64,000 bases of DNA from Tagaea sp. (GCA_965279525.1 CBDIIB010000004.1:768001-832000); one strand, 5' to 3'; shown: positions 30,896 to 41,036, counted from the stretch's first letter. Notes: generated by a model from the letters alone, not told the origin. Translations and numbers: made by a program.

Positions 30896-31807
30896 ATGTC
30901 GCGCAGGCTCCCGCCGCTCAATTCGCTCCGCGCCTTCGAGGCCGCCGCCCGCCTGCTGTCCTTCTCGAAGGCGGCCGACGAGCTTGCGGTCACGCCGGCG
31001 GCCATCAGCCACCAGATCAAAGGGCTGGAAGACCAGCTTGGCGCGAAGGTCTTCAGGCGCGACAAACAGAAGGTCACGCTGACCGAAGCCGGCGCCCTGC
31101 TGCTGCCGGGCCTGCGCGATGGTTTCGATCTCATCGCCGGGGCCGTCGCCGACGTCACCGAACGCGACATCAAGGGCGTGATGACGGTGTCCTCGGCACC
31201 CTCCTTCGCCGCGAAATGGCTCGTCCCCCGCCTCGACCGTTTCGCCGAACGCCACCCGGAAATCGACGTGCGCGTGTCGGCCTCGATCGCCCTCGTCGAT
31301 TTCGCGCGCGACGATGTCGACGTCGCCGTGCGCTACGGCTCGGGCCAGTATCCGGGCCTGCTGGTCGAGCGGCTTTTTCCCGAGACAGTCGTGCCGGTCT
31401 GCGCGCCCGCACTCCTCAAGGGCAAGCACAAGCTCAAGGTGCCCGCCGATCTCAAGCACCATACGCTGCTGCACGACGATGCATCGGACGGCGACGAGAC
31501 ATGCCCGGACTGGCGGATGTGGCTGAAGGCCGCCGGCGTCAACGGCATCGACCCGCGCTTCGGGCCGCGCTTCAACCAGTCGAGCCTCGTGCTCGAGGCA
31601 GCGATCCTCGGACGCGGCGTGGCGCTCGCCAAGCTGCGTCTGGCCGAGAACGACCTGGCAAGCGGCCGTCTCGTGCGGCCGTTCGCGGTCGCAACACCCG
31701 TGCGTTTCGCCTATTTCGTCGTAAGCCCGCCCGCGCGCGCCGAGCGGACGAAGGTCGCAGCGTTCCGGGCCTGGCTCAAGGAAGAGGCGGCGGCGACGAA
31801 GGATTGA
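30896..31807 (+). CDS. gcvA: LysR-family regulator, GcvA-like
   Basis: RRLPPLNSLRAFEAAARLLSFSKAADELAVTPAAISHQIK; FAAKWLVPRL. Confidence 0.8.
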   Translation: MSRRLPPLNSLRAFEAAARLLSFSKAADELAVTPAAISHQIKGLEDQLGAKVFRRDKQKVTLTEAGALLLPGLRDGFDLIAGAVADVTERDIKGVMTVSSAPSFAAKWLVPRLDRFAERHPEIDVRVSASIALVDFARDDVDVAVRYGSGQYPGLLVERLFPETVVPVCAPALLKGKHKLKVPADLKHHTLLHDDASDGDETCPDWRMWLKAAGVNGIDPRFGPRFNQSSLVLEAAILGRGVALAKLRLAENDLASGRLVRPFAVATPVRFAYFVVSPPARAERTKVAAFRAWLKEEAAATKD

Positions 31808-32147
31808 ACGACGCCGCCAGCTGCGCCGGCACGGATATCGGCATGTCGAGCAGGCGCTGCGCAAGGCCGCGGGCGGCAGGATCGATCGCAAGATCGTGGC
31901 CGCGTCCCGCACCGGCAGCACCCTCGATCACGAAATGGAAAGCTGCCAGCCCGGGGAACTCGCGCCGCACGACACGCGCGGCACGGAACGCGCCGAACCA
32001 TGCCTGGACGCGCGCCGCGTCGGCCGCCTCGCGCACGACATGCCACGATGCCGGGTCGCGCAGGCCCACGCACAGGACGACGGCGCTCCCCGTCACGCGG
32101 GCGCGCGCATGGGCCAGCAGGCGTAGCGGGAGAAGCGAGGGCGTCAT
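31776..32147 (-). CDS. AtuA C-terminal-like small protein (divergent)
   Basis: LRLLAHAR...V.R.EFPGLAAFHFVIEGA.G.G....LAIDP..RGLAQRLLDMPI, resembling the stand-alone AtuA partner domain. Confidence 0.6.
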   Translation of the reverse strand: MTPSLLPLRLLAHARARVTGSAVVLCVGLRDPASWHVVREAADAARVQAWFGAFRAARVVRREFPGLAAFHFVIEGAAGAGRGHDLAIDPAARGLAQRLLDMPISVPAQLAASFNPSSPPPLP

Positions 32148-33391
32148 GGCTCGCCCGCCGGCGGCGTGGCGCTCCAGGGTACGAAGGCTTTCGGGATCCG
32201 CGCTTCGCAGGTTCTGCGCTCGGGCTGGATCGTCGTCCGCAGGCCGCCGGCCCCGGCCGGCCCGAAGGTCTGCAGGGCCGCGAACTCGGCAAGGGCTCCA
32301 AGTGCCGCCGCGCGCGTCGTCGTGCGGACGGCCAGCCGCAATCGCACGTCGCGGGCCGGAACGATCGCGAGATTGGCCGCACGCTCGCCCGCCGCCTTGG
32401 TCGATGCGTCGATGCCGACGATCTCGACGCGGAACCGGTCGTCGCCCATGCAGGCGGCGAGGCGCGATTCAAGTTCGCGTGCCGCGGCGATCGCGCGCGC
32501 GGCAGCCCCCGTCCCGCCGTAGCCGATCTCGGCCTCGGCGACGAAACCCGTCTCGAAGACGAGCGATCCGGAAAGCCAGTCCGCCGGTGCGCGTCCGCGC
32601 ACGCCGCTCAAGGTCGGGCCGAGCAACGTGGCGTCGCCAAGATCGAGCGTGACGTCGGGTTCGACCAGGGCTTGCGGATCGCGCACGCCGTCGAGCAGCG
32701 AGAGGGCAAGACCGGCAACGCGCGGTGCAGCCCCCGTCGATCCGAACGTCACGACGCCGTCGGCGGCGATATCGCCGAACGGCAGGCCGGCTTTGGCGGG
32801 GTTGTCGTCCAGATCGCCACCAGCGGCGGCAGCACCCGCCGCAAGGATGCGCCCCGCGGCGGCAGCCGACGCGAGCCGGTCATAGTCGGTGGAAGTCCAG
32901 CGGTGCTCGTGGCGCGCGAAGGCAATGGCGATCGCGGCGGGCGACAGCGGACCGCTGACGAGGACTTCGGCACCTTTGGAAAGCAGGCCAAGCAACGGTT
33001 CGGCACCCAGCGGTGCGGCAGCGGCAACCAGCGTCGAGTTGGGCGGCGGGGGCGGATCGCACGGGACCGCCAGCAGACGCGCACCTTCCTGCGTGGCCAG
33101 GATATCGCGTGCCTGCAGAAGGCCGACGCGCGGCCGGCGCTTGCCCAGCCGTGCCGCAAGCGCCACGACCGCGTTGGCGACCTGTGCCGGGTCGGCTTCA
33201 GGGACTTCGATCGCGAGACGCACGCGCTTGGAGAGGCAGTCGATCAGGATGCCGCCGAGTGCGCGTTCCACCTCTGTGGTCCCGAGACGCAGGACGAGGC
33301 ATGCCGGTCCGTCCCGCGCAATCAGCTGCGCCAGCAGGCCGGCGGAGAGGTCCGGACGTTCGCCCCGCCCCGCATGCCCGATGCGCGCCAT
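32144..33391 (-). CDS. Acyclic terpene utilization AtuA/DUF1446-like protein (highly divergent)
   Basis: LGAEPL...GAEVLVSG, HEHRW...YDRLA, GLPFGDIAADG, DPQALVEPDVTLD, EAEIGYGG.GA.ARA, GPAGAGG; catalytic-looking motifs eroded. Confidence 0.6.
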   Translation of the reverse strand: MARIGHAGRGERPDLSAGLLAQLIARDGPACLVLRLGTTEVERALGGILIDCLSKRVRLAIEVPEADPAQVANAVVALAARLGKRRPRVGLLQARDILATQEGARLLAVPCDPPPPPNSTLVAAAAPLGAEPLLGLLSKGAEVLVSGPLSPAAIAIAFARHEHRWTSTDYDRLASAAAAGRILAAGAAAAGGDLDDNPAKAGLPFGDIAADGVVTFGSTGAAPRVAGLALSLLDGVRDPQALVEPDVTLDLGDATLLGPTLSGVRGRAPADWLSGSLVFETGFVAEAEIGYGGTGAAARAIAAARELESRLAACMGDDRFRVEIVGIDASTKAAGERAANLAIVPARDVRLRLAVRTTTRAAALGALAEFAALQTFGPAGAGGLRTTIQPERRTCEARIPKAFVPWSATPPAGEP

Positions 33392-33394
33392 CGG

Positions 33395-34192
33395 CTACAC
33401 GATGCCCGTGACCTTCGAGAACGGGTCGTAGAACGCCGCTCCGGCCGCCTGCACGGCGGCCCCCTCGCCAAGGCCGCCGGCTCCGAGGAAATCGTTCGTG
33501 CGCCCGCCCGCCTCGCGGACCATCAGCAGGCCGGCAAGGCAATCCCAGGAATTGATATGGAGTTCGGCGTAGCCGTCGCAGCGCCCGTCGGCAACGTACG
33601 CGATACCGAGCGCGCCCGAACCGGCCCGCCGGAACGAAGCGCCGGCCTTGACGGCTTTTTCGATCATGCCGGTATAGCTTTCGACCGTCCGGCGGGTCGA
33701 CCAGCCGAGTTCGACCTGCGAACGGGCGAGGTCGGCGTTCGTCACGGCCTTCATCGGACGGCCGTTGCACGTGGCGCCGAAACCGCGCCGGGCAAGGAAC
33801 ATCTCGTCGCGCATCGGATCGTAGATCACGCCGATCTCCTCGCGCCCCTCGGCGACGAACGCGATCGAGATGCAGAAATGCTCGATCCCGTTGGCGAAAT
33901 TGGCAGTCCCGTCGATCGGGTCGACGACCCACAGGGCGCGCGGATCGCGGCTGCCGCCGGTCTCCTCGCCCAGTACTTCGTCCGTCGGGAACGCCGCGGC
34001 GAGGTGGCCGAACACGAGCTTTTCGACGGCACCGTCGGCAACGGTCAGATAGTCCTGGGGACCCTTGAATGTGGCCCCGATCGAGGCCCGGTCCGCGAAG
34101 TAGCGGCGCTGGAGTTCGCCCGCCGCACGGGCAATGCCGACCGCGGCGAGGGTTCGGGCGGCGATGCCGTCCGGGGTCATTTTCCTGTCCAT
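33395..34192 (-). CDS. Inositol monophosphatase family protein
   Basis: LGEE, WVVDPIDGTANF, WDCLAG. Confidence 0.92.
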   Translation of the reverse strand: MDRKMTPDGIAARTLAAVGIARAAGELQRRYFADRASIGATFKGPQDYLTVADGAVEKLVFGHLAAAFPTDEVLGEETGGSRDPRALWVVDPIDGTANFANGIEHFCISIAFVAEGREEIGVIYDPMRDEMFLARRGFGATCNGRPMKAVTNADLARSQVELGWSTRRTVESYTGMIEKAVKAGASFRRAGSGALGIAYVADGRCDGYAELHINSWDCLAGLLMVREAGGRTNDFLGAGGLGEGAAVQAAGAAFYDPFSKVTGIV

Positions 34193-34234
34193 GGCGCGGG
34201 ACGTTACCCGTCCGATCTGCTAGAGGGAAGCACC

Positions 34235-36088
34235 ATGATCGCAATAGACAATCTGACCCTGCGGATCGGCGGCCTCACCCTGATCGAGGACGCCACCGCC
34301 CTGATCCCCGAAGGCCGCCATGTCGGCCTGATCGGCCGCAACGGCGCCGGAAAATCGACGCTGCTCGATGCCATCCTCGGCCGGCTGCATCCCGACCAGG
34401 GCAGCATCTCGATGCCCAAGCGCGCGCGCGTCGGATTCGTGGCACAGGAAGCCCCCGGCGGAGCCACCACGCCGCTCGACGCCGTGCTCGCCGCCGACGA
34501 GGAACGTGCCGCCCTCCTCGCGGAGGAGGAAACGACGGACGACGGTGCACGCATCGCCGACATACATATGCGGCTTTCCGAGATCGACGCCTATACGGCC
34601 GTCGCGCGTGCGGCCTCCATCCTTTCCGGTCTCGGCTTCGACACCGAAATGCAGAACCGCCCGCTATCGGAATTTTCCGGTGGCTGGCGCATGCGCGTGG
34701 CGCTCGCCGGCGTGCTGTTCGCCCGGCCCGACATCCTGATCCTCGACGAGCCGACGAACCATCTCGATCTCGAGAGCGCGCTGTGGCTCGAGGATTATCT
34801 CGCGCACTGGTCGGGCACGATCCTCGTCGTCAGCCACGACCGGCGCCTGCTCAACGCGGTGTGCACGCATATCCTGCATCTCGACCAGAAGAAGCTGACG
34901 CTCTACACCGGCGACTACGACCGCTTCGAAGTGCTGCGCCAGGAACGCCTCGCCTTGCAGGCGGCGATGGCCTCGAAGGTCGACGCCCAGCGCAAGCACA
35001 TGCAGGCATTCGTCGACCGCTTCCGGGCCAAGGCATCAAAGGCGGCACAGGCCCAGTCGCGCCTGAAGGCGTTGGCCAAGCTCACGCCCATCGTCGTCGA
35101 GCGGGACGAGGATGCCGTGCGCTTCGAGTTCCCCGCCGTCGAGCTTCCCAAGCCGCCGATGGTGACGTTCGACCGCGTTTCGGTCGGCTACGAGGAAGGC
35201 AAGCCGATCCTGACCGGCATCGACCTGCGTCTCGATCCCGAGGACCGGATCGGCCTGCTGGGTGCCAACGGCAACGGCAAATCGACGCTTGCCAAGCTGT
35301 TCGCCGGCCGCATGCAACCGATGGCCGGCGGCACGATGCGCGCATCCAAGCTGCAGACCGGCTTCTTCGCGCAGCACCAGATCGAGGACATCGACCCTAA
35401 CCGGTCGCCGTTCCAGCTGCTCGGCGACGAATGGCCGAAGGCCGCCCCGCTCGTCTTGCGTTCGCGCCTCGCGCGCTTCGGCTTTTCCGGACTGAAGGCC
35501 GACGTGAAGGCGGAAAACCTTTCAGGCGGCGAGAAGGCGCGCCTCGCCTTCGCGCTCGCCACCGCGCATGCCCCGCAGCTGCTGATCCTCGACGAACCGA
35601 CGAACCATCTCGACATGGCGAGCCGCGAGCGGCTCGTCGCCGCGATCAACGATTTCGCGGGCGCCGTCATCCTCGTCACGCACGACTGGTCGCTGCTGGA
35701 GCTGACCTGCGACCGGCTGTGGCTGGTCGCCGGCGGCAAGGTCACGCCGTTCGAGGGCGATCTCGACGACTACCGCCAGCTCGCACTCGCCGAACGGCGC
35801 GCCCAGCGCCAGACCACCGACAAGCCAAAAGCCGTGCCCGCGAGGCGGCCGGCGCGCGACACGGGCGCGCTGAAGCGCGAGCTCAAGGCGGCGGAAGAAG
35901 CGTTGGCCAAGCTGACGGCCGAGCGCCAGAAACTGGAGGGCGAAGCGGCGCTGCCCTCGACCTACAACGACCCGCGCAAGTCGGCGGCCAACGCAAAGCG
36001 CATCAAGGAACTTGCCGATCCGATCGCCAAGGCCGAGACGCGCTGGCTCGCCGCCGCCGAAGCGATGGAAGAGGCCGATGCGGCCTAG
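34235..36088 (+). CDS. ABC-F family ATPase
   Basis: Two ABC domains (GRNGAGKST/FSGGWRMR/LDEPTNHLD and GANGNGKST/LSGGEKAR), no TM segments, C-terminal coiled coil. Confidence 0.93.
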   Translation: MIAIDNLTLRIGGLTLIEDATALIPEGRHVGLIGRNGAGKSTLLDAILGRLHPDQGSISMPKRARVGFVAQEAPGGATTPLDAVLAADEERAALLAEEETTDDGARIADIHMRLSEIDAYTAVARAASILSGLGFDTEMQNRPLSEFSGGWRMRVALAGVLFARPDILILDEPTNHLDLESALWLEDYLAHWSGTILVVSHDRRLLNAVCTHILHLDQKKLTLYTGDYDRFEVLRQERLALQAAMASKVDAQRKHMQAFVDRFRAKASKAAQAQSRLKALAKLTPIVVERDEDAVRFEFPAVELPKPPMVTFDRVSVGYEEGKPILTGIDLRLDPEDRIGLLGANGNGKSTLAKLFAGRMQPMAGGTMRASKLQTGFFAQHQIEDIDPNRSPFQLLGDEWPKAAPLVLRSRLARFGFSGLKADVKAENLSGGEKARLAFALATAHAPQLLILDEPTNHLDMASRERLVAAINDFAGAVILVTHDWSLLELTCDRLWLVAGGKVTPFEGDLDDYRQLALAERRAQRQTTDKPKAVPARRPARDTGALKRELKAAEEALAKLTAERQKLEGEAALPSTYNDPRKSAANAKRIKELADPIAKAETRWLAAAEAMEEADAA

Positions 36089-36914
36089 TGCCGTCGCGGT
36101 CCTGCTGCTGGCGTTCTTCGCCGGCCCGGCGGGCGCCAGGGACTGGGGCGACGTGCGCGGCCCCTCGCCGGGTCCCGCGCGGCTGATCGGCGGTCCGGCC
36201 AACGGCTGCATCGCCGGGGCGCAGGCCCTGCCCGCCGACGGGCCCGGGTATCAGGCCGTGCGGCTATCGCGCAACCGCGTGTGGAGCCATCCGCAGACCG
36301 TCGCCTACGTGAAGAAACTCGGCGCCTCCGCGGCTGCACTCGGCCTCCCGCCGCTCTATGTCGGCGATCTTTCGCAGCCGCGCGGCGGGCCGATGGCCTT
36401 CGGACACGCATCCCACCAGAACGGCAACGACGCCGACATCTGGCTCAATCTCGATCCGAAGCCCGATCTCCCGCCGGCGGCGCGCGAGGACATCGCGATC
36501 ACGGATCTTGTGCTGCCCGACGAGCGCGCGGTCGACCGTGCCAAGTGGCGGCCCGAGCATGCGCGGCTGCTGCGCACGGCCGCGAACTTCGCCGAGGTCG
36601 ACCGCATCTTCGTGCATTTCGCGATCAAGAAGGAGCTGTGCGCGGGCGTGACGGGCGAGCGCGCGTGGCTGCGCAAGATCCGCCCGTGGTACGGGCACAG
36701 GGAGCATTTCCATGTCCGTCTCGCCTGCCCCGCCGGCAGCCCGGACTGCACGCCGCAGGCCGCGATAGCGCCGGGCGACGGGTGCGATGCTTCGCTCGAC
36801 TGGTGGTTCATGGACGCCGAAGAACGGCGCAAGTCGGCACCGAAGCCGAAGACGGCGGCAGCGCCGCGCCCGAAACTGCCGGCGGCCTGTACGGAAATCC
36901 TGAAAGCACCCTGA
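36078..36914 (+). CDS. mepA: Penicillin-insensitive murein endopeptidase
   Basis: Signal peptide, GCIAGA, GDLSQPRGG, HASHQNG.DADIW, RPWYGH.EHFHVRL.CP. Confidence 0.9.
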   Translation: MRPSAVAVLLLAFFAGPAGARDWGDVRGPSPGPARLIGGPANGCIAGAQALPADGPGYQAVRLSRNRVWSHPQTVAYVKKLGASAAALGLPPLYVGDLSQPRGGPMAFGHASHQNGNDADIWLNLDPKPDLPPAAREDIAITDLVLPDERAVDRAKWRPEHARLLRTAANFAEVDRIFVHFAIKKELCAGVTGERAWLRKIRPWYGHREHFHVRLACPAGSPDCTPQAAIAPGDGCDASLDWWFMDAEERRKSAPKPKTAAAPRPKLPAACTEILKAP

Positions 36915-36918
36915 AGCT

Positions 36919-37533
36919 TCAGCCCCAGCTGCGCACAGGGCCCGTGTCGATATGGACGAAGTCGCTGCGCGGATACTGGCCGACACCGCCGGCCTGCAGC
37001 GACAGAGCTGCCTGCCGGATCGCGTGTACCGAGCGGTCGGCAAGGTCGATGTCGAGCGCGCGACCCTGGATATGGAACGAGTTCCGCGCGACGCCGCGTT
37101 GGGACTTGCGTGCCGCGGCGTTGGTGCGCGGCGAACGGTAGGCCGAGATCACGCGCCACGGCTCGCTCGAATCCAGACGCTGGTAGAGTTCCCACATCTG
37201 GTCGTAGAGCTTGGGATCCATATGCGTGACGGCACCGATTTTGTAGTCGCGCAGCAGCGTATCCAGCCGGCGCGTCGCTTCCGGCAGGTAGTTTCCATCG
37301 CGCCAGTACACGGCGTCGAAACGCTCGCCGGTATTGACGATCTGGAGCTTCAGCGCACGGGTGCTGGAGGGCCGCACGGGGACCGGCGACGATGGCGCCA
37401 CGGCCGCACGCTTGACCTTCGCCTTCGGCTTGGCCGCCAAGGCATCGCCCGCAGGCAGGATCAGGCTGGTCGTGGCGGCGGCGGCAAGGAACAGAAAGCC
37501 GCGGCGGCTGGGGGGCTCGTGTCGGTCGAACAT
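36919..37533 (-). CDS. YcbK/DUF882 family M15 peptidase (MepK-like), Tat signal
   Basis: SRRGFL, SAYRSP.TN, SFHIQGRALD, FVHIDTGPVRSW. Confidence 0.88.
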   Translation of the reverse strand: MFDRHEPPSRRGFLFLAAAATTSLILPAGDALAAKPKAKVKRAAVAPSSPVPVRPSSTRALKLQIVNTGERFDAVYWRDGNYLPEATRRLDTLLRDYKIGAVTHMDPKLYDQMWELYQRLDSSEPWRVISAYRSPRTNAAARKSQRGVARNSFHIQGRALDIDLADRSVHAIRQAALSLQAGGVGQYPRSDFVHIDTGPVRSWG

Positions 37534-37709
37534 GGCCGGTGGGCGAGTCCTTCTCTCAAAACTAGTATGTGCAGAATGCACACCGACGACCGACAAGGCA
37601 AGCCCGAAGAAACACATTGAAACAATCTTATAAAATATTGATTTTTAACAAATAAGATTGATTGAGATGTGAACCTTTCGATTCGACGTCACAGCGGAAT
37701 TTCGCACAC

Positions 37710-39383
37710 TCAAGGCGCGAGTGTCGGCGCCGGCGCTGCCGTGTCGCGCGGCAGGCGTGCCTCGACGATCGGCCGCCGCTCGATGCCGGCGACGAACCGC
37801 GCATCGAGCCCATAGATGTCCTCGCGCAGATGCAGGTCGCCGTTCTTCACGAAGGCCGTGAAATAGACGAGATGCACGGGCACGGGACCGCGCACCAAGA
37901 CGGCGCGCGTCTGGCCGTCGACATCGGCTGCCTCGATCGCATCGCGGCCCCAGCCGTTGGTGTTGCGCAAGACCCACTCGACCAGTTCGGACGGCCGTTC
38001 GAGCCGGATGCAACCCGACGACAGCGCGCGGTCGGCCCGCGAGAAATAGTGGCGGTCCGGCGTGTCGTGCAGGAACACGTCGAACATGTTGTGCATGGTC
38101 AGGCGGAATTGGCCGAGCGCGTTCTTCGGCCCCGGGTCCTGGCGCACCCAATAGGGCATGGCGCGCGGGCTCACGCGCCGCCAGTCGACCTTGCGCGGAT
38201 CGATCTCGACGCGCTCTTCGCCCGAGCCGCGATAGAAGCGGAAGCCCAGATCGACGAGCGCCTGGGGATTCGCGCGCAGGCGCGGCAGCAGGTCCTCGCG
38301 CACCAGCTTGGACGGTACCGTCCATGTCGGATTGAAGATCACTTCGGTGATGCGGCTGGAAAAGATCGGCGTGGCGCGCGCCTCGCGGCCGACGACCACG
38401 GGCATGACGAGCCGTTCGCTGCCGCCTTCCATCGCGCGAAGCGCGAAGCCCGGCACGTTGACTTCGATGTAGGTGCCGCCCGGACGCACCGGCAGGGCGC
38501 GCATGCGGTCGAGATTGACGGCGATCTGCGCGATGCGCGAATCGACGGACCGGTTGAGGGCGGCAAGCGTGCGCGGCCCGATCCTGCCGTCCGGGGACAG
38601 GCCGTGGCGGATCTGGAAGCGGACTGTCGCGGCGACGAGTTCGGGATCGTAAAACTCAGGATCCTCACCCGGCGCCAGTTCAAGCATCGCACCGTCTGTC
38701 ATCGCAAGCCGACGGCGGAGGGCAAGTACGCGCGCGTCGCTTGCGCCCGGCTCGAGTGTCCGACCGCCGGAGATCGTCCGCCAGCCGCCCCGCGCCTTTA
38801 TCGCGCGATATTCCCCGAGCCAGTCGAGGAGCCGCGCATAGGCAGGATCCGCCGGAGACAACCTGTCGAACACGCTGTCGGGATCCTCGGCGCGTGCCAG
38901 ATCGCGCAGCAGCGCGTCGGCATCCAGTGGGCGCGGAACGATGCGGATGTCGGAAGGCAGGTTGACCGACGCGACGCGCCCGCCCTGGAGGTCCGCCGCA
39001 TAGCGCAGGGCCGCCTGCGTCAGCAGCAGGTCCAGGCGTGCCAGCGATTCCGGATCGCTCGCGCGCAGCAGCCGCTCGATATCCTGGATGCTGTAATCCG
39101 ATGCGATCAGGCCGCGAGCGGCGGCCGTCCGGAAAGTCTCGACCAGCCGTTCGGCGCGCGGCACCGGCCCGTCGGTACCCAGCCAGAGCGGCGTGAAGTC
39201 GCGCGACTGGTAAAGCGACATAACCGCGGTGCGGCGTGTGTCGTCCAGACCCGGCTCGATCGCCGCGACATTCTCGCGCATGTTCGGGCGCAGATCTGCC
39301 GGGACCAGGGCCTTGGCGGCGGGGGAAAGTCCCGCGCCAAGTGCTATCAGGCCGGCAAGAAGTGCGCTTCGGGCGTCGATCAT
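37710..39383 (-). CDS. L,D-transpeptidase, YcbB/LdtD type, with PG-binding domain
   Basis: FQIRHGL.PDG..GP.T PG-binding domain; NPTWTVP, NALG, FLHDTP, SSGCIR. Confidence 0.9.
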   Translation of the reverse strand: MIDARSALLAGLIALGAGLSPAAKALVPADLRPNMRENVAAIEPGLDDTRRTAVMSLYQSRDFTPLWLGTDGPVPRAERLVETFRTAAARGLIASDYSIQDIERLLRASDPESLARLDLLLTQAALRYAADLQGGRVASVNLPSDIRIVPRPLDADALLRDLARAEDPDSVFDRLSPADPAYARLLDWLGEYRAIKARGGWRTISGGRTLEPGASDARVLALRRRLAMTDGAMLELAPGEDPEFYDPELVAATVRFQIRHGLSPDGRIGPRTLAALNRSVDSRIAQIAVNLDRMRALPVRPGGTYIEVNVPGFALRAMEGGSERLVMPVVVGREARATPIFSSRITEVIFNPTWTVPSKLVREDLLPRLRANPQALVDLGFRFYRGSGEERVEIDPRKVDWRRVSPRAMPYWVRQDPGPKNALGQFRLTMHNMFDVFLHDTPDRHYFSRADRALSSGCIRLERPSELVEWVLRNTNGWGRDAIEAADVDGQTRAVLVRGPVPVHLVYFTAFVKNGDLHLREDIYGLDARFVAGIERRPIVEARLPRDTAAPAPTLAP

Positions 39384-39426
39384 GCCCGATAAGCTAGCAC
39401 GGACCGCAAAAATGGAAAGTTGAGGG

Positions 39427-40533
39427 TCAGCGACCCTTGAGCAGGTCGACCGTCGCGACCGGTTCGACCGGCTTCAAGTGGCGGTCGAAGAAGCCGATCG
39501 AGCGGTCGATCGCTTCACGGCTGGCCGCAGCCTGGAAAAAATGCGGCTGATTGGGGAACAGCGCGAGTTCGTGCGGAACGGAAAGCTTGCGCAGGATGTC
39601 GCGGGTCTGCGTCGCGCGCACGACCGGGACCGTCCGGTCCTTCTGGCCATGGATCACCAGCGTCGGCGCCAATCGCGTCGTTACGGGAGCCACATTGCCC
39701 GGCATGCCACCGCCCATGTTGACGACCGCGGCAATGCGCTTGTCGCGGCTCGACAGCCCAAGTGCCTGGAACCCGCCCAGCGAGAAGCCGAACGCCGCCA
39801 GGCGGCTCTGGTCGATGCGCTGGTCCTTGACCATCTCGTCGACGGCCGCACGGACCACGTCGTGCTGCGTCTCGAACTCGGCGATCAGGGCGCGTCCACG
39901 GGGCCGGTTACGGTTCCGGTCGCCCAGATAGTGCGGCAGGTAGACGATATATCCCGCTTCGGCAAAACTCTCGGCAGCACCGCGATAGAACGCGCCGTTG
40001 CCCATGCCCGAAGCGCCATGCAGAAGCAGGACGGCCGGCCGCGGGCCTTCGGTGTCGGGACGGAAGATCTCAAGCTTCACCTGCCGCTTGCCCACGCGAT
40101 AGCGCGCGTCGGCCCGCGATACCTGTGTCGCCACGCGGCGAAGGTCGGAACCGGCGCCGAACGCATCGCGTGGTGCGGCACCCGGCACGCGCCCTGCCCA
40201 GTCCGGGGCTGCCTGGGTGCTGTTCTCGAGGCTGGCGAGAATGGCCAGATCGTCTTCCGGGCCGGTCGCAGCACCGCCACGAGTCACCGCGCGAGCCGAA
40301 TTGGCCGTCACATTTGCGGCGGGACTGACGGCAGGCGCCGAAACAATGGCCGGAGGGCTCTCGGCAGTACCGGGAACAAATACGAACGGGAGGCTGGGAT
40401 CGAGGAGGTAGTTGGGCGCCAACGTCACGGGGGCTTCGACAGCCGTCGAGAACGACGTCGTCTGTGTATCCTGTTGCGGGGAAAGTTCGGTTCCCTGCGA
40501 GGCCACGGCCACTGCGACGAGTAGCTCAATCAT
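39427..40533 (-). CDS. Alpha/beta hydrolase (dienelactone hydrolase-like) with long N-terminal extension
   Basis: LLLHGASG, GFSLGG nucleophile elbow, IHGQKD, PHFF. Confidence 0.8.
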   Translation of the reverse strand: MIELLVAVAVASQGTELSPQQDTQTTSFSTAVEAPVTLAPNYLLDPSLPFVFVPGTAESPPAIVSAPAVSPAANVTANSARAVTRGGAATGPEDDLAILASLENSTQAAPDWAGRVPGAAPRDAFGAGSDLRRVATQVSRADARYRVGKRQVKLEIFRPDTEGPRPAVLLLHGASGMGNGAFYRGAAESFAEAGYIVYLPHYLGDRNRNRPRGRALIAEFETQHDVVRAAVDEMVKDQRIDQSRLAAFGFSLGGFQALGLSSRDKRIAAVVNMGGGMPGNVAPVTTRLAPTLVIHGQKDRTVPVVRATQTRDILRKLSVPHELALFPNQPHFFQAAASREAIDRSIGFFDRHLKPVEPVATVDLLKGR

Positions 40534-40779
40534 CCAAGCCGTCCTGTCGAAACGATTATTTCGATTTGTTGCAGTCGGCTGGGGATAGCATAGCGACCGC
40601 CGATCGGGGAGTCGTATTTCGGTTACTGACGGAAATTAACCAAATAGAATGGATTTTAGTTTTAGAATCAAAGCCCTCAATTTTGCCGACAAAGCTGCGC
40701 ATCGCCTGATTCGGCGCCAGTTCTGCTAACTGATCTTTATTTCACCGTTTCGTGCGGACTCGGCAACACTGCCGTCGAG

Positions 40780-40965
40780 TTAATGGCCCTCCTGCTCGTC
40801 GAAGTAGCGCTTGATCAGCCAGAACACGAAAGCGGCAGCGGCGGCAAAGATCAGCAGCCCCATAAGATACATCGGCCCCCCGTGCGAGCCGGCAGCCAGC
40901 GCCAGACCGATGAAGCCGACAACCGCTGAAATCACCCCGACAATCCACATGCCAAGACCCGACAT
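40780..40965 (-). CDS. Small two-TM hypothetical membrane protein
   Basis: 61 aa with two hydrophobic helices; GGAGG RBS just upstream. Confidence 0.65.
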   Translation of the reverse strand: MSGLGMWIVGVISAVVGFIGLALAAGSHGGPMYLMGLLIFAAAAAFVFWLIKRYFDEQEGH

Positions 40966-41036
40966 CGAACCCTCCCCTTCTTGAATCCCGGCTCGACGGC
41001 CGTTGGCGCAAAGCTAGCCAGTCCCCCCGGCCAGGT

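Noticed and set aside
32000-34234. Apparent 745-aa N-terminal extension making a 1362-aa ABC-F protein
   Set aside because: It overlaps three opposite-strand genes; ABC-F similarity begins at ATG 34235, after a GAGGGAAG RBS.
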